The translations under genes were made by a program, and so were the position numbers. DNA of 64,000 bases, from NCBI RefSeq assembly GCF_963921235.1, contig NC_086097.1, forward strand, positions 43,960,001-44,024,000, given 5' to 3'. Origin of the DNA: Mobula hypostoma. Lineage: Eukaryota. The notes under the pieces were generated by a model. It made no database searches. It was not told the origin of the DNA and worked only from the letters and a program-made list of their open reading frames with translations. Shown in pieces: positions 10,678 to 23,082 of the stretch (positions within the stretch are counted from its first letter, which is position 1; each line of letters begins with the position of its first letter).

Positions 10678-12175
10678 CTCTTCCTAGAGTTGCTGCCTGG
10701 CCTGCTGTGTTCACCAGCAACTTTGATGTGTGTCCTGCCAATATTATTGCAGAAGATCTGATGAAAGGATATTGGCTCGACTTGACAAATCTTACTTTCT
10801 CTCCCCAGATGCTGACTGATTTACTGAGTTTTTCTACCGTTTTCTGTTTTTGTTTCAGACTTCTAGCATTTGCAGTCTTTGTTCGCTTTTCGAAGACTTT
10901 CGGAAAGAATTACTTTTAATGCAAAATGAAAGGAAATATTAAGTTCTACTTTTGGTGATATGAAAATAAGTTTCAAGAAGTATTAAAAAAGGCATCTCAA
11001 GAAGAGGACAATATTGATGCAATTTATATCCAATTCCTGATTGCTCTGAGAATGGAAACTCTCCACTGTTTATTTTTCAAAACAACACGCATGAAGATGA
11101 AGTTTGATGATGTTCAACATCTATGGCATTCTCTGCCATTTGAATAATGCTTCTCAGCTCAACATATTACTGTTCACCTTATAATGTAGTCTGAAAGCAA
11201 AGAAATGCTCTGGTCTTGATTTGAGCAAATTTATTATACTTGCAAAATGCTAATTTTCTTGATGATTCTATCTATGTATATACTTGTGTTTTGAAGTACT
11301 GATTAGCTTTTTCACTTCCAAGGGGTAAATTGCTGGCTATATTCCGGCTTCCTTTCATGTTGGCCTAATTCTAGTCTCTATCTATGTCAGGGAGAAAATG
11401 ATCTAGCGTAACTGTACACAAATGAGGTGCTCATTTACTGTTGAGAGGGAAAATAACATGCAGAAGCTCAACTGATAGAAAACTTTTCAATATCTGATTC
11501 TATAGATCAGTTAGTAGCTTTATTGTAACTTTTCTCAAGTGGCCTAGCGTTATCATTATCTGCCTTTGTGCAGGAATACTTTAGAGGGCAGGATTTCTAA
11601 TGTGGAAATGTAAGAAAGCAAAGAATCTAAAATTCCCTGCTTATAACATATATTTTGTAAGAATGTTATCCATAATCTTCATGGAAGCTCGGATTTTAAA
11701 TGCATTGTATTTGGAGTATGTGAGATGCTAGTCAATCCGGTTCTATGTTCTTAGAGGCTACTCTGAGATTATCCCCAGATTTAATATTTCTGGTGAATAG
11801 CACTCAGTATAGCAGAAAACACCACACATTCTTCGATATGCATTGTATGAGAATCCAATGACATAAGGATCAACAAGAACAGACCCAATGCTAGGAGAGG
11901 TGGTTAGGTAAGTTGGAGGTTAATGGGGAATTGTGAAGAAATGAATCTAGAATGGCAAGGTAGTATTGGGAGACAGAATCAAGCACTGGCCTACGATTTT
12001 CCAGTGGTATAGGAGACCAAATTGATGGGTGTAGAATTCTTGCTCCATCATGACTTATAAGCATCTTATCAAAGATAAAATTATGCTTGAATGCTTGTCA
12101 CCTTGTAGGCTATAGTGAATGGGAATATGTTGCCTATAGAACTTCACCAGTAAAACTGTGCCGTGGCTAATGATT

Positions 12176-12482
12176 ATGTATGTATGTATGTACGTATGTA
12201 TTTTATTGATATACAGTGACGAATTGGCCATTCTGACCCTTTGAACCATACTGCCCAGCAGTCCCCCAATTTAATCCTAGTCTAATCACAGGAAAATTGA
12301 GAATGACCAATTAACCTACTAACCAGTATGTCTTTGGAATGTGAGAGATAACTGGAGCACCCAGAGAAAACCCACATGGTCACGGCGAGATTGTACAAAC
12401 TCCTTACAGGCAGTGGCGGGAATTGAACCCAGATCGCTGGTACAGTAGAGCGTTTTGCTAACCACTACATTACCATGCTGCC
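12176..12482 (-). mobile_element. tRNA-derived V-SINE-like element
   Basis: Minus strand has an A box (TGTAGTGGTTAGC), a B box (GGTTCAATTCC), a central GAGTTTGTAC…CCGTGACCATGTGGGTTTT domain and a (TACA)n tail. Confidence 0.75.
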
Positions 12483-12631
12483 CCATTAATAATAATAATG
12501 TTATTATTCACTATTTATTCATCTTAACTGGACCTCTCTCTGGTTGGAATTGCCTGACTCATTTACTGTGTTAAGGGGGAAGTGTTCAGTTACACTGCTG
12601 GGGGATGTCTCAAACACCCTAACCTCTACCT

Positions 12632-12850
12632 TCAGAATGAATCAGGTTTATTATCACTGATGTATGTCATGAAATATGTTGCTCCGTGGCAGCAGTACAG
12701 TGCAAAACATTTTTGAAAACTATAAATTACAAGAAGTAAAAAAGCAAATAGTTCAAAAGAGGAAATAGCATGGTAGAGTTCATGGGTCATTGGACCATCC
12801 AGAACTCTGACGGTGGAGGAGAAGAAACTGTTCCTAAAATATTGAGTGTT
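12632..12850 (-). mobile_element. Rex1/L2-type LINE 3' end
   Basis: FRNSFFSSTVRVLD C-terminus and AATAAACCTGATTC tail, shared with 20523-20773, 22760-22993 and about 39690-39850. Confidence 0.6.
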
Positions 12851-14429
12851 AGCCTTTGGGCTGCAGGTGATAGGTGGAACCAGATGAGGGGATGAGGGCA
12901 AGAAAGATGTCAGAAGCCAGGAAGAGAGATATGGAAATAACAAAGAGCTGATCATGATTGAATCTGATACAAGAGGACATTAGCATAAGGTACAAGAGAC
13001 TGCTGTTTATTTAGCTTTGGTGTGCATAGCTCCTTTCCATTCACATCATAACTCTCCTTAACCTGTGAGTTGGAACCTTAAAATCTGGTGAGGTTATATT
13101 TTACTGGCAAAATTTGCAGACATTTGGATTCCTATGTATGTAATTTTGTTGGGGGAGCAGATTTACTTTAAACAATACTGGAGGAATTTAGTAGCTTTGG
13201 AAAATTTGTCTAGAATAAAGTTGCCTGTAGTTGAGTAAGATACAGCAAAATACAGCAGGTTGAGATGTGACAGAATGTCATTTTATAAGCAGTGAAATAT
13301 AATGAATTGAAAATATGCTGTATTATTTCTTATATTTAATAGCCAGATGAGACACTCTTAAATATACAGTAATATCCAAATTGTTTTTAAAAGTGAAATT
13401 CAGTATTATCTCTCAACATTGTAAGAATTCAATGAAAATAGTGATTAGTATTAAAATGTAAATAAATTAAATTATTTCAGCAACCAAAAGGAACCACAGA
13501 GGCAATATACTAGAACTGAATCTAAAACAGCTGTATAAAACACCAACAGATCAAAGAATGACCTTAATCATCGTATAAGAATACTTAATGTTAAAGGAAG
13601 TGCTAATTTTAAACATAATAAATCTTTAACAAACAGGGGTCTCTATTGTCTAATTATTTGCTTTGTTTGCATTTTATCATCACATTTGAATTTTGAAAAA
13701 GAGACTTCAAAGCTGAAGAAAAATACTTTGATCTTGATATCCTAGAATTTCTTAGTTACCGGTAATTATGCAAGGCTTTCCCAAAAATTCGAATTTACAT
13801 TAAAAAAGCCCCTCAAGATGCAACTTAAAACATTCAATTTTCTGAGGTCTCTGCTTTTAATACAAAAAGATGAAAGTGATAAGGAATTTTATGGGTTACA
13901 TTTGTTTTAATTTATGGATTACTGGAAGTTCACAGAAAGAAAATACCTTTCTTGATAAACAGTTTTAAGTCTTAAATGTCCATTGAAGAGTCTGCAGTGA
14001 AAATTCTTTCTTCTATACATCAGTATTCAGTTAAATCTTTCCTTAAACTGGTAAAGCAATAATGATCAAGATGTAAAGTACATTTTTTCAGTTGTTGCTT
14101 GACAATAAACTGTTCAATTTCAAATTAAATGAGGAGATTGTGAATTTTTGTTGCTTCTATTGTAGCAGCAAATGTGTCTTACTTTAAGTTACTGCACAAG
14201 GGATTACTGCCATCAACTAAGAATAATGTCAATTCAAATTAATGCTGTCAGTAACTTCCCCAAACTGAACAAGAATCTTTTAGGAGACGAAGTGCATGCT
14301 TTAAAATAGCACATCCCTACAATGTGGTAGCAACATTATCATGTTATTTTGAAGTATTTTTTTCTGCTCTTCTTAAACATAACAACAAAATCAATTCATC
14401 CCTAATGTGTGTAAATTTGAGTTAAGATC

Positions 14430-14787
14430 TGGAGGTATATAAGGTGATGAGAGGCATAGATTGTGTGGATAGTCAGAGGTTTTTTCCCAGGGCTGGAATG
14501 GCTAGCATGAGAGGGCACAGTTTTAAGGTGCTTGGAAGTAGGTACAGAGGAGATGTCAGGGGGAAGTTTTTTATGCAAAGAGTGGTGAGTGCGTGGAATG
14601 GGCTGCCGGCGACGGTGGTGGAGGCAGATACAATAGGGTCTTTTAAGAGACTCCTGGATAGGTACATGGAGCTCAGAAAAAGAGAGGGCTGTGGGTAACC
14701 CTAGGTAATTTCTAAGGTAAGGACATGTTCGGCGCAGCTTTGTGGGCCGAAAGGCCTGTATTGTGCTGTAGGTTTTCTATGTTTCTA
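14430..14787 (+). mobile_element. CR1 3' fragment
   Basis: RGHSFKV…FFMQRVVSAWNGLP…FKRLLDRYM and a TTTCTATG tail. Same family as 27465-28667 and 44725-45852. Confidence 0.9.
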
Positions 14788-17329
14788 AGGTGAAAGTGCA
14801 GGAATATATACACTGGGCAGGAGAAATGAAAGTGGGAAATCATTAATGAAAGGGGTAATGAAGATAATTATTAAAACAAAACAATTTTCTTGATATTATT
14901 TTGATGAAAATATTGTTATTTTAGATGCATTGCCAATATCTAGACACTGATAATAACTACTTAATCAGACTAGAAAAAAAGAGAAACAGTTTACTTAAGA
15001 ACATAAAGCTTATTCTCAAAATCTAGATGATAGTTTCCTTCGGTAATGCAGTAAGCACTTATTCTATTCATTACAAAAATAGCAAGATAATCCTCCTGTC
15101 TGGTATAAAGGTTTAATTCAGTCTCACGGCAGAAATAGAATCTTATTAGAACTTTGGCAGCATGGCATTGTTCTTTTATTAAAAGAGAAATAGGAATTTG
15201 CTTAGAAAAGCTACTTACAAAGAAGAAGGAAACCATTGAGTTCAGATTGAGCAGCAAGTTATTTGGGTCCACTAATTCAGATGTTGGTCAGAAGAGAGTA
15301 ACTTGTAGCTTTGGTCTTTCTAACCCTTTGTTTGCATTGATCCTCCAATATGAAATGATCGCAATGTCTTTCCTTTGATTACAGTTTGTTGCACTGGGTG
15401 CAGTTTTAGAATTAATCTTCAGTCAATCTTTTCTGCATATTTGTCATACATTGCATTGAATTTGAAGGTGGCTAGTGTAACTCAACAACCGTGAGAAGTA
15501 CATTTTTGATATTCTTTCCTGATGGGACAATTTTGACGGTGGGTATGCCATGAAACTAGATATCGATCAACTGGATAGAAAACTGGATGGATTATAGCTA
15601 TATCATTTAGGATTTAATGATTACACCAGGTTCACAGGGCATGGCAAATGCATTCTAAGAAGGATATAGACTTTAGATATGGTTGGAGGGTAGGGGGAAA
15701 TGACCTAGCAGAGGAAAGTCACAGAAGTCGGGTCTCTAGCACTGAGTCTGACTCTGTGACTCAGAAGGGAAGGGGGGAGAAGAGGTGCGCTGTGGAGATA
15801 GGGGGTTCATTAGTTAGGGGACCAGAAAAGAGGTTCTGTGGATGAGAATAAGATTCCCAGATGGTTTGTTGCCTGTGGGTGGCAGGGTCAGGGACATCTT
15901 GGACTGACTAAATGGGAGTGGTACAGCCAGAGGTCGTGGTCCATGTAGGTACCAATGACATGGGCAGGAAGTATGATGAGGTTCTGCAAAGTGAGTTTAG
16001 GGAATTAGGTGCTATGCTAAAGGGTAGGACCTCCAGGGTTATGATCTTAGGGTTGCTACCCATGCCACATGCTAGTGAGGCCAGAAATAGGAAGATTGTA
16101 CAGTTTAACACGTGGCTAAGGAGTTGGTGCAGGAGAGAGGAGGTCAGACTTTTGGATCATTGGCTCTCTTCCAGGGAAGGTGGGACCTGCACAGAAGAGA
16201 GGGTTTGCACCTGAACTGGAGGGGGACTAATATCCTAGTGGGAAGGTTTGCACGTGCTGCACGGGGGTGGGGGTTTAAAATAGAGTTGCAAGGGGATGGG
16301 AATCAGAGTGCCAAACGGATAGTGGAGGGGTTGTGCAGGAAGATGTTGCTAAGATCTCAGACAAAGTCAGGAATCAAAAAGTTGAGCATGGTGTGACTAG
16401 TGTCCTGAGCTGTGTATATTTCAATGCAAGAAGTATTGTAGGAAAGGCAGAAGAGCTCAAGGAATGGATCAACACATGGAATTATGACATTGTAGTCATT
16501 AGTGAGACTTGGTGGCAGGAGGGGTAGGACTGACAGCTCAGTATTCTGGGTTCCATTGTAGCTGCGACAGAGTGAGAGGGATTAAATGAGGAGAGGTGGC
16601 ATTACTAGTCAGGGAAAAAGTTACGGTGGTGCTTGGTCAGGATGGACTGGAGAACTTATCCAGTGAGGAGTTATGGGGGGAACTGAGGAATAAGAAAGGT
16701 ATTGCCACATTAATGGGACTATATTACAGACCACCCAACAGTCAGAGGGAATTAGAGGAACAAGTGCGTAGAGAGATCACAGACTGTTGCACAAAACGTA
16801 AGGTTGTTATAGTAGGTGATTATAACTTTCCAAATATTGACTTTGACTCCCGTAGTGTAAGAGGACTAGATGGGAAAGAGTTTGTCAAATGCATTCAGGA
16901 AAGTTTCCTTAATTAGTACATAGAAGTCCCAATGAGAGAGCGTGAGGTACTTGATCTGCTAATAGGGAATGAGACAGGGCAGGTAACAGAAATTTGTGTA
17001 GGGGAACACTTTGCATCTAGTGATCATACTGCCATTGGTTTCAAAGTAAATATGCAAAAAGATAGGTGTGGCCCACGGGTCGAGATTGGAGAAAGACTAG
17101 TTTTGATGGTATCAGAAAGGATCTGGCAAGTGTGGATTGGGACAGCATGTTTTCTGGCAAAGGTGTATTTGATAAATTGGAATCCTTCAAAAGTGAAAGT
17201 ACTAAGCCTGTCAGAATAAAAGGTAAAGATAACAGGTATAGGGAACCTCAGTTTTCAAGAGATATTTAGGCCCTGGTTAAGAGAAAAACAGAGATTTATA
17301 GCAGGTATAGGCAAGTAGGAACAAATGAT

Positions 17330-20323
17330 GTGATTATGGAATATAAGAGGGATGGGAACCAGTGCAGAGAGACAGAGGGGTGTAAAGTGAGCGTAGAAGC
17401 AAAAAGTACAAAGGAGAAAAGTAAAAGTGGCAGGCCGACAAATCCAGGGCAAGCATTAAAAAGGGCCACTTTTCAACATAATTGTATAAGGGCTAAGAGA
17501 GTTGTAAAAGAGCGCCTGAAGGCTTTATGTGTCAATGCAAGGAGCATTCGTAATAAGGTGGATGAATTGAAAGTGCAGATTGTTATTAATGATTATGATA
17601 TAGTTGGGATCACAGAGACATGGCTTCAGGGTGACCAGGGATGGGAGCTCAACGTTCAGGGATATTCAATATTCAGGAGGGATAGACATGAAGGAAGGGG
17701 AGGTGGGGTGGCGTTGCTGGTTAAAGAAGAGATTAACGCAATAGAAAGGAAGGACATAAGCCGGGAAGATGTGGAATCGATATGGGTAGAGCTGCGTAAC
17801 ACTAAGGGGCAGAAGACGCTGCTGGGAGTTGTGTACAGTCCACCTAACAGTAGTAGTGAGGTCGGAGATGGTATTAAACAGGAAATTAGAAATGTGTGCA
17901 ATAAAGGAACAGCAGTTATAATGGGTGACTTCAATCTACATGTAGATTGGGTGAACCAAATTGGTAAAGGTGCTGAGGAAGAGGATTTCTTGGAATGTAT
18001 GCGGGATGGTTTTTTGAACCAACATGTCGAGGAACCAACTAGAGAGCAGGCTATTCTGGACTGGGTTTTGAGCAATGAGGAAGGGTTAATTAGCGATCTT
18101 GTCGTGAGAGGCCCCTTGGGTAAGAGTGACCATAATATGGTGGAATTCTTCATTAATATGGAGAGTGACATAGTTAATTCAGAAACAAAGGTTCTGAACT
18201 TAAAGAGGGGTAACTTTGAAGGTATGAGACGTGAATTAGCTAAGATAGACTGGCAAATGACACTTAAAGGATTGACGGTGGATATGCAATGGCAAGCATT
18301 TAAAGGTTGCATGGATGAACTACAACAATTGTTCATCCCAGTTTGGCAAAAGAATAAATCAAGGAAGGTAGTGCACCCGTGGCTGACAAGAGAAATTAGG
18401 GATAGTATCAATTCCAAAGAAGTAGCATACAAATTAGCCAGAGAAAGTGGCTCACCTGAGGACTGGGAGAAATTCAGAGTTCAGCAGAGGAGGACAAAGG
18501 GCTTAATTAGGAAGGGGAAAAAAGATTATGAGAGAAAACTGGTGGGGAACATAAAAACGGACTGTAAAAGCTTTTATAGATATGTAAAAAGGAAAAGACT
18601 GGTAAAGACAAATGTAGGTCCCCTGCAGACAGAAACAGGTGAATTGATTATGGGGAGCAAGGACATGGCAGACCAATTGAATAATTACTTTGGTTCTGTC
18701 TTCATTAAGGAGGACATAAATAATCTTCCAGAAATAGTAGGGGACAGAGGGTCCAGTGAGATGGAGGAACTGAGTGAAATACATGTTAGTAGGGAAGTGG
18801 TGTTAGGTAAATTGAAGGGATTGAAGGCAGATAAATCCCCAGGGCCAGATGGTCTGCATCCTAGAGTGCTTAAGGAAGTAGCCCAAGAAATAGTGGATCC
18901 ATTAGTGATAATTTTTCAAAACTCGTTAGATTCTGGACTAGTTCCTGAGGATTGGAGGGTGGCTAATGTAACTCCACTTTTTAAAAAAGGAGGGAGAGAG
19001 AAACCGGGGAATTATAGACCGGTTAGCCTAACGTCGGTGGTGGGGAAACTGCTGGAGTCAGTTATCAAGGATGTGATAACAGCACATTTGGAAAGCGGTG
19101 AAATGATCGGACAAAGTCAGCATGGATTTGTGAAAGGAAAATCATGTCTGACGAATCTCATAGAATTTTTTGAGGATGTAACTAGTAGAGTGGATAGGGG
19201 AGAACCAGTGGATGTGGTATATTTGGATTTTCAAAAGGCTTTTGACAAGGTCCCACACAGGAGATTAGTGTGCAAACTTAAAGCACACGGTATTGGGGGT
19301 AAGGTATTGGTGTGGGTGGAGAATTGGTTAGCAGACAGGAAGCAAAGAGTGGGAATAAACGGGACCTTTTCAGAATGGCAGGCGGTGACTAGTGGGGTAC
19401 CGCAAGGCTCAGTGCTGGGACCCCAGTTGTTTACAATATATATTAATGACTTGGATGAGGGAATTAAATGCAGCATCTCCAAGTTTGCGGATGACACAAA
19501 GCTGGGTGGCAGTGTTAGCAGTGAGGAGGATGCTAAGAGGATGCAGGGTGACTTGGATAGGTTGGGTGAGTGGGCAAACTCATGGCAGATGCAATTTAAT
19601 GTGGATAAATGTGAAGTTATCCACTTTGGTGGCAAAAATAGGAAAACAGATTATTATCTGAATGGTGGCCGATTAGGAAAAGGGGAGGTGCAACGAGACC
19701 TGGGTGTCATTATACACCAGTCATTGAAAGTGGGCATGCAGGTACAACAGGCGGTGAAAAAGGCGAATGGTATGCTGGCATTTATAGCGAGAGGATTCGA
19801 GTACAGGAGCAGGGAGGTACTACTGCAGTTGTACAAGGCCTTGGTGAGACCACACCTGGAGTATTGTGTGCAGTTTTGGTCCCCTAATCTGAGGAAAGAC
19901 ATCTTTGCCATAGAGGGAGTACAAAGAAGGTTCACCAGATTGATTCCTGGGATGGCAGGACTTTCATATGAAGAAAGACTGGATGAACTGGGCATGTACT
20001 CGTTAGAATTTAGAAGATTGAGGGGGGATCTGATTGAAACGTATAAGATCCTAAAGGGATTGGACAGGCTAGATGCAGGAAGATTGTTCCCGATGTTGGG
20101 GAAGTCCAGAACAAGGGGTCACAGTTTGAGGATAGAGGGGAAGCCTTTTAGGACCGAGATTAGGAAAAACTTCTTCACACAGAGAGTGGTGAATCTGTGG
20201 AATTCTCTGCCACAGGAAACTGTTGAGGCCAGTTCATTGGCTATGTTTAAGAGGGAGTTAGATATGGCCCTTGTGGCTACAGGGGTCAGGGGGTATGGAG
20301 GGAAGGCTGGGGCGGGGTTCTGA
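17330..20323 (+). CDS. Uninterrupted CR1 ORF2: APE endonuclease + reverse transcriptase
   Basis: 997-codon open frame with [45 protein letters not shown] and LVRPHLEYCVQFWSP. The first codons come from the host element. Confidence 0.9.
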   Translation: MIMEYKRDGNQCRETEGCKVSVEAKSTKEKSKSGRPTNPGQALKRATFQHNCIRAKRVVKERLKALCVNARSIRNKVDELKVQIVINDYDIVGITETWLQGDQGWELNVQGYSIFRRDRHEGRGGGVALLVKEEINAIERKDISREDVESIWVELRNTKGQKTLLGVVYSPPNSSSEVGDGIKQEIRNVCNKGTAVIMGDFNLHVDWVNQIGKGAEEEDFLECMRDGFLNQHVEEPTREQAILDWVLSNEEGLISDLVVRGPLGKSDHNMVEFFINMESDIVNSETKVLNLKRGNFEGMRRELAKIDWQMTLKGLTVDMQWQAFKGCMDELQQLFIPVWQKNKSRKVVHPWLTREIRDSINSKEVAYKLARESGSPEDWEKFRVQQRRTKGLIRKGKKDYERKLVGNIKTDCKSFYRYVKRKRLVKTNVGPLQTETGELIMGSKDMADQLNNYFGSVFIKEDINNLPEIVGDRGSSEMEELSEIHVSREVVLGKLKGLKADKSPGPDGLHPRVLKEVAQEIVDPLVIIFQNSLDSGLVPEDWRVANVTPLFKKGGREKPGNYRPVSLTSVVGKLLESVIKDVITAHLESGEMIGQSQHGFVKGKSCLTNLIEFFEDVTSRVDRGEPVDVVYLDFQKAFDKVPHRRLVCKLKAHGIGGKVLVWVENWLADRKQRVGINGTFSEWQAVTSGVPQGSVLGPQLFTIYINDLDEGIKCSISKFADDTKLGGSVSSEEDAKRMQGDLDRLGEWANSWQMQFNVDKCEVIHFGGKNRKTDYYLNGGRLGKGEVQRDLGVIIHQSLKVGMQVQQAVKKANGMLAFIARGFEYRSREVLLQLYKALVRPHLEYCVQFWSPNLRKDIFAIEGVQRRFTRLIPGMAGLSYEERLDELGMYSLEFRRLRGDLIETYKILKGLDRLDAGRLFPMLGKSRTRGHSLRIEGKPFRTEIRKNFFTQRVVNLWNSLPQETVEASSLAMFKRELDMALVATGVRGYGGKAGAGF

Positions 20324-20421
20324 GTTGGATGATCAGCCATGATCATAATAAATGGCGGTTCAGGCTCGAAGGGCCGAATGGCCTACTCCTGCACCTATTT
20401 TCTATGTTTCTATGTTTCTAT
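17349..20421 (+). mobile_element. Young CR1, 5'-truncated (ORF2 only)
   Basis: Colinear with 47993-51087. (TTTCTATG)n tail at 20398-20421. Host CR1 sequence continues on both sides. Confidence 0.95.
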
Positions 20422-20522
20422 GAAATGCAAGAGGACACCGGAAAGAAATCAGGAGGGCTAAAAGAAGGTAGGAGTTTACCCTAGCAGACAAGGTGAAGGA
20501 GAATCCTAAGGGATTCTACAGA

Positions 20523-20773
20523 TCTCTAAATCCGATCTGATTTCTCAATGGGCATGGAACCCATGAACACTGCCTCACTACTTGTTTTATTTCTTTTTTT
20601 TGGCACTACTTGTTTTAACTTAACTCTTTAAAAGACAGATACATACTTACGGTAATTCAGTCTTTTTTCTCTATCTTTATTTATCATATATTTCATTGTA
20701 CTGCTGACGTAAATTTAACAAATTTTACAACACATACCAGTGATATTAAATTAAAGCTGATTCTGATTCTGAT
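20523..20773 (+). mobile_element. LINE 3' UTR fragment with (ATTCTG)n tail inserted in CR1
   Basis: Interrupts GGATTCTACAGAT|ATGTCAAG of the host; tail at about 20759-20773. Confidence 0.6.
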
Positions 20774-22225
20774 TTTGAGATATGTCAAGAGCAAAAGGAT
20801 TGCAAGGGATAAAATTGGCCTTCTGGAAGATCAGAATGGTCATCCACGCGTAGAGCCAAAAGAGATGGGGGAGATCTTAAATGGATCTTTTGCATCTGTA
20901 TTTTCTCAGGAGATGGACACAGAGTCTATGGAAGTGAGGCAAAGCAGCATCAACTTCATGGACCCTGTACAGACTACAGAGGACGAAGTGTTTGCTGCCT
21001 CGAGGCAAATTAAGGTGGATAAATCCCCAGGGCCTGACAACGTGTTCCCACTGACCCTGTGGGATGTAAGTGCAGAAATTGCAGGGGCCCTAGCAGAGAT
21101 ATTTAAATCATTCTTAGCGACAGGTGAAGTACCCAAGGATTGGAGGATAGCTAATATTGTTCTGCTGTTTAAGAAAGGCTCTAAAAATAAACCAGGAAAC
21201 TCTAGGCTGGTGAGTCTGACATCAGTAGTGAGAAAGTCATTGGAAAGTATTCTACAGGACTGGATATGAGTATTTGGATAGACCTGGACTTATTAGGGAT
21301 AGTCAGCATGGCTTCGTGCGTGGTAGAACAATCTTACAGAGTTTTTTTGAGCAAGGTATTTAATAAAGTCCCGTGTAAGAGGTTGGCCAAGAAAAGTTCA
21401 GGCGCTCAGCATTCAAAATGAGCTAGCAAATTGGATTAGACATTGGGTTTGTGGGAGAAGCTAGAGAGTGGTAGTAGATGGTTGCTTCTCCGAATGGAGG
21501 CCTTTGACTAGTGATATGACACAGGGATTGGTGCTGGTCCCATTGTTGTTTGTCATCTATATCAATGATCTGAATGATAATGTGGTTAAGTGAATCAGCA
21601 AATTTGCGGATGATACCAAGATTGGGGGTGTAGTCGACAGTGAGGAAGATTATCGAGGCTTGTGGTGGGATCTGTATCAGCAGGAAAAATTGGGTGGAAA
21701 ATGGCAGGTAGAATTTAATGCAGACAAGTGTGAGGTGTGTTGCATTTCTTTAGGACCGACCAGGGTAGGTCTCACACAGTTCATGGTAGAGCACTGAGAA
21801 GTGCTGTAGGACAAAAGGATCTGGGAATACATGTCCATAATTAATTGAAAATGGCATCATAGGTAGGAAATATTGAGTACAAGAGATGGGATATTATGTT
21901 GAAGTTGTATAGGACATTAGTAAGGCCTAATTTGGAATATTGTGTGCAGTTTTGGTCACAGGAAAGATGTAAATAAGGTTGAAAAAGTACAGCGAAAATT
22001 TTCAAGGATGTTATCGACACTGGAGGACCTGAGTTATAAGAAAAGATGGAATAGGTTAGGACTTTATTCTTTGGAATGTCGAAGATTGAGGGGAGATTTG
22101 ATAGAGCTATACAAAATGATAAAGGGTATAGATAGGGTAAATACAAGCAGGCTTTTTTTCACTGAGGTTGGGTCAGACTACAACTAGAGGTTATGGGTTA
22201 AGGGTGAAAGATGAAAAGTTTAAGG

Positions 22226-22579
22226 AAGCCGTGTGAGGTAATTTTCCAAAAGGTAAAGGAAATGGCTATGTCAGACACCATAGTTACACACATCGTCTTG
22301 CGAAGCTTGTCAACACTGTTCAGGATGCCAACACATCCAGAAGAAAGGTTTCCAGAGCTGTCAGAACCACTTCCTGCAGACCCAGAGACAACTCATACAA
22401 TCACCACAGAGGAGGATACAGAATCCGAGATTGTTTCACAGCCACAAGTACCTCCTGCCAGGCAGTCTGACCCTCGCTGTCAGAAAAGATGTTATCCCAC
22501 AGGAGTAAGAAATCCTCCATAATGATTAAATCTTTAGACCTAAAATTGAATAGGACAATATAAACTTACTATGCTGTGG

Positions 22580-22616
<37 letters not shown>

Positions 22617-23082
22617 AATGAGGTGCATTCTTGATGTTGAGATGGAGTTTATAGCTAAGCTGGGAGGGGTGTGGTATATTTAAGAATTCAGTGATATTTG
22701 AGCAATATTGTAAATATATAGTTTGATTAAGCATTCTTTGTTGTTTACATAATTCATTACTGTATGTACATCACTATTGTATGCATTGAACTTACCTCAC
22801 TTTTTTAATATACAGTATTTCTGTTTTGTTGCAAGTATTTTAATCTATTCAATATATGTATACTGTAATTTATTTATTTATTATTATTATTTTCTTTTTC
22901 TCTTCTAGATCATGTATTGCATTGAACTGCTGCTGTTAAATTCACAAATTTCACGTCACATGACAGTGATAATAAACCTGATTCTGATTCTGAACACCTC
23001 ACTAAAGATAAACTTATGTCGACACTTTTCCTGTCTCCTGTGTTTTTCTTTTTATTAGTTTTTGGAGTTGTAAAACATAATA
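22226..23082 (+). mobile_element. Gypsy remnant: collapsed pol 3' end + PPT + 3' LTR (22670-23082)
   Basis: FQKVKEMAMSDTIVTH, then HCSGCQHIQ, then RCYPTGVRNPP. Purine tract followed by TG. Homologous to 53863-54565. The LTR is interrupted by a LINE tail at 22760-22993. Confidence 0.75.
22581..22613. repeat. (TG)n microsatellite
   Basis: Read directly from the sequence. Confidence 0.95.

Larger units (their letters stand above)
4881..10733 (+). mobile_element. Penelope-like element 3' part (GIY-YIG + pLTR), split by the LTR element at 5824-10677
   Basis: GVIYCIWCSRCGLLYIGETRRRLGDRFAEH at about 5179-5270. Colinear with the copy at 59465-60460. The pLTR resumes at 10678. Candidate TSD GTCCTGCC at 4874-4881 and 10732-10739. 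Confidence 0.9.
15685..22225 (+). mobile_element. Old CR1 (ORF1 esterase + ORF2), decayed, hosting insertions at 17349-20421 and 20523-20773
   Basis: VVVHVGTND and GLHLNWRG (SGNH ORF1); YFNARSIVGK, YRPP and SDH (APE); RT resumes after 20774. Confidence 0.85.

Noticed and set aside
17656..20346. Antisense ORFs over CR1 ORF2
   Set aside because: Shadow frames of the coding strand, repeated in the sister copy because of homology.
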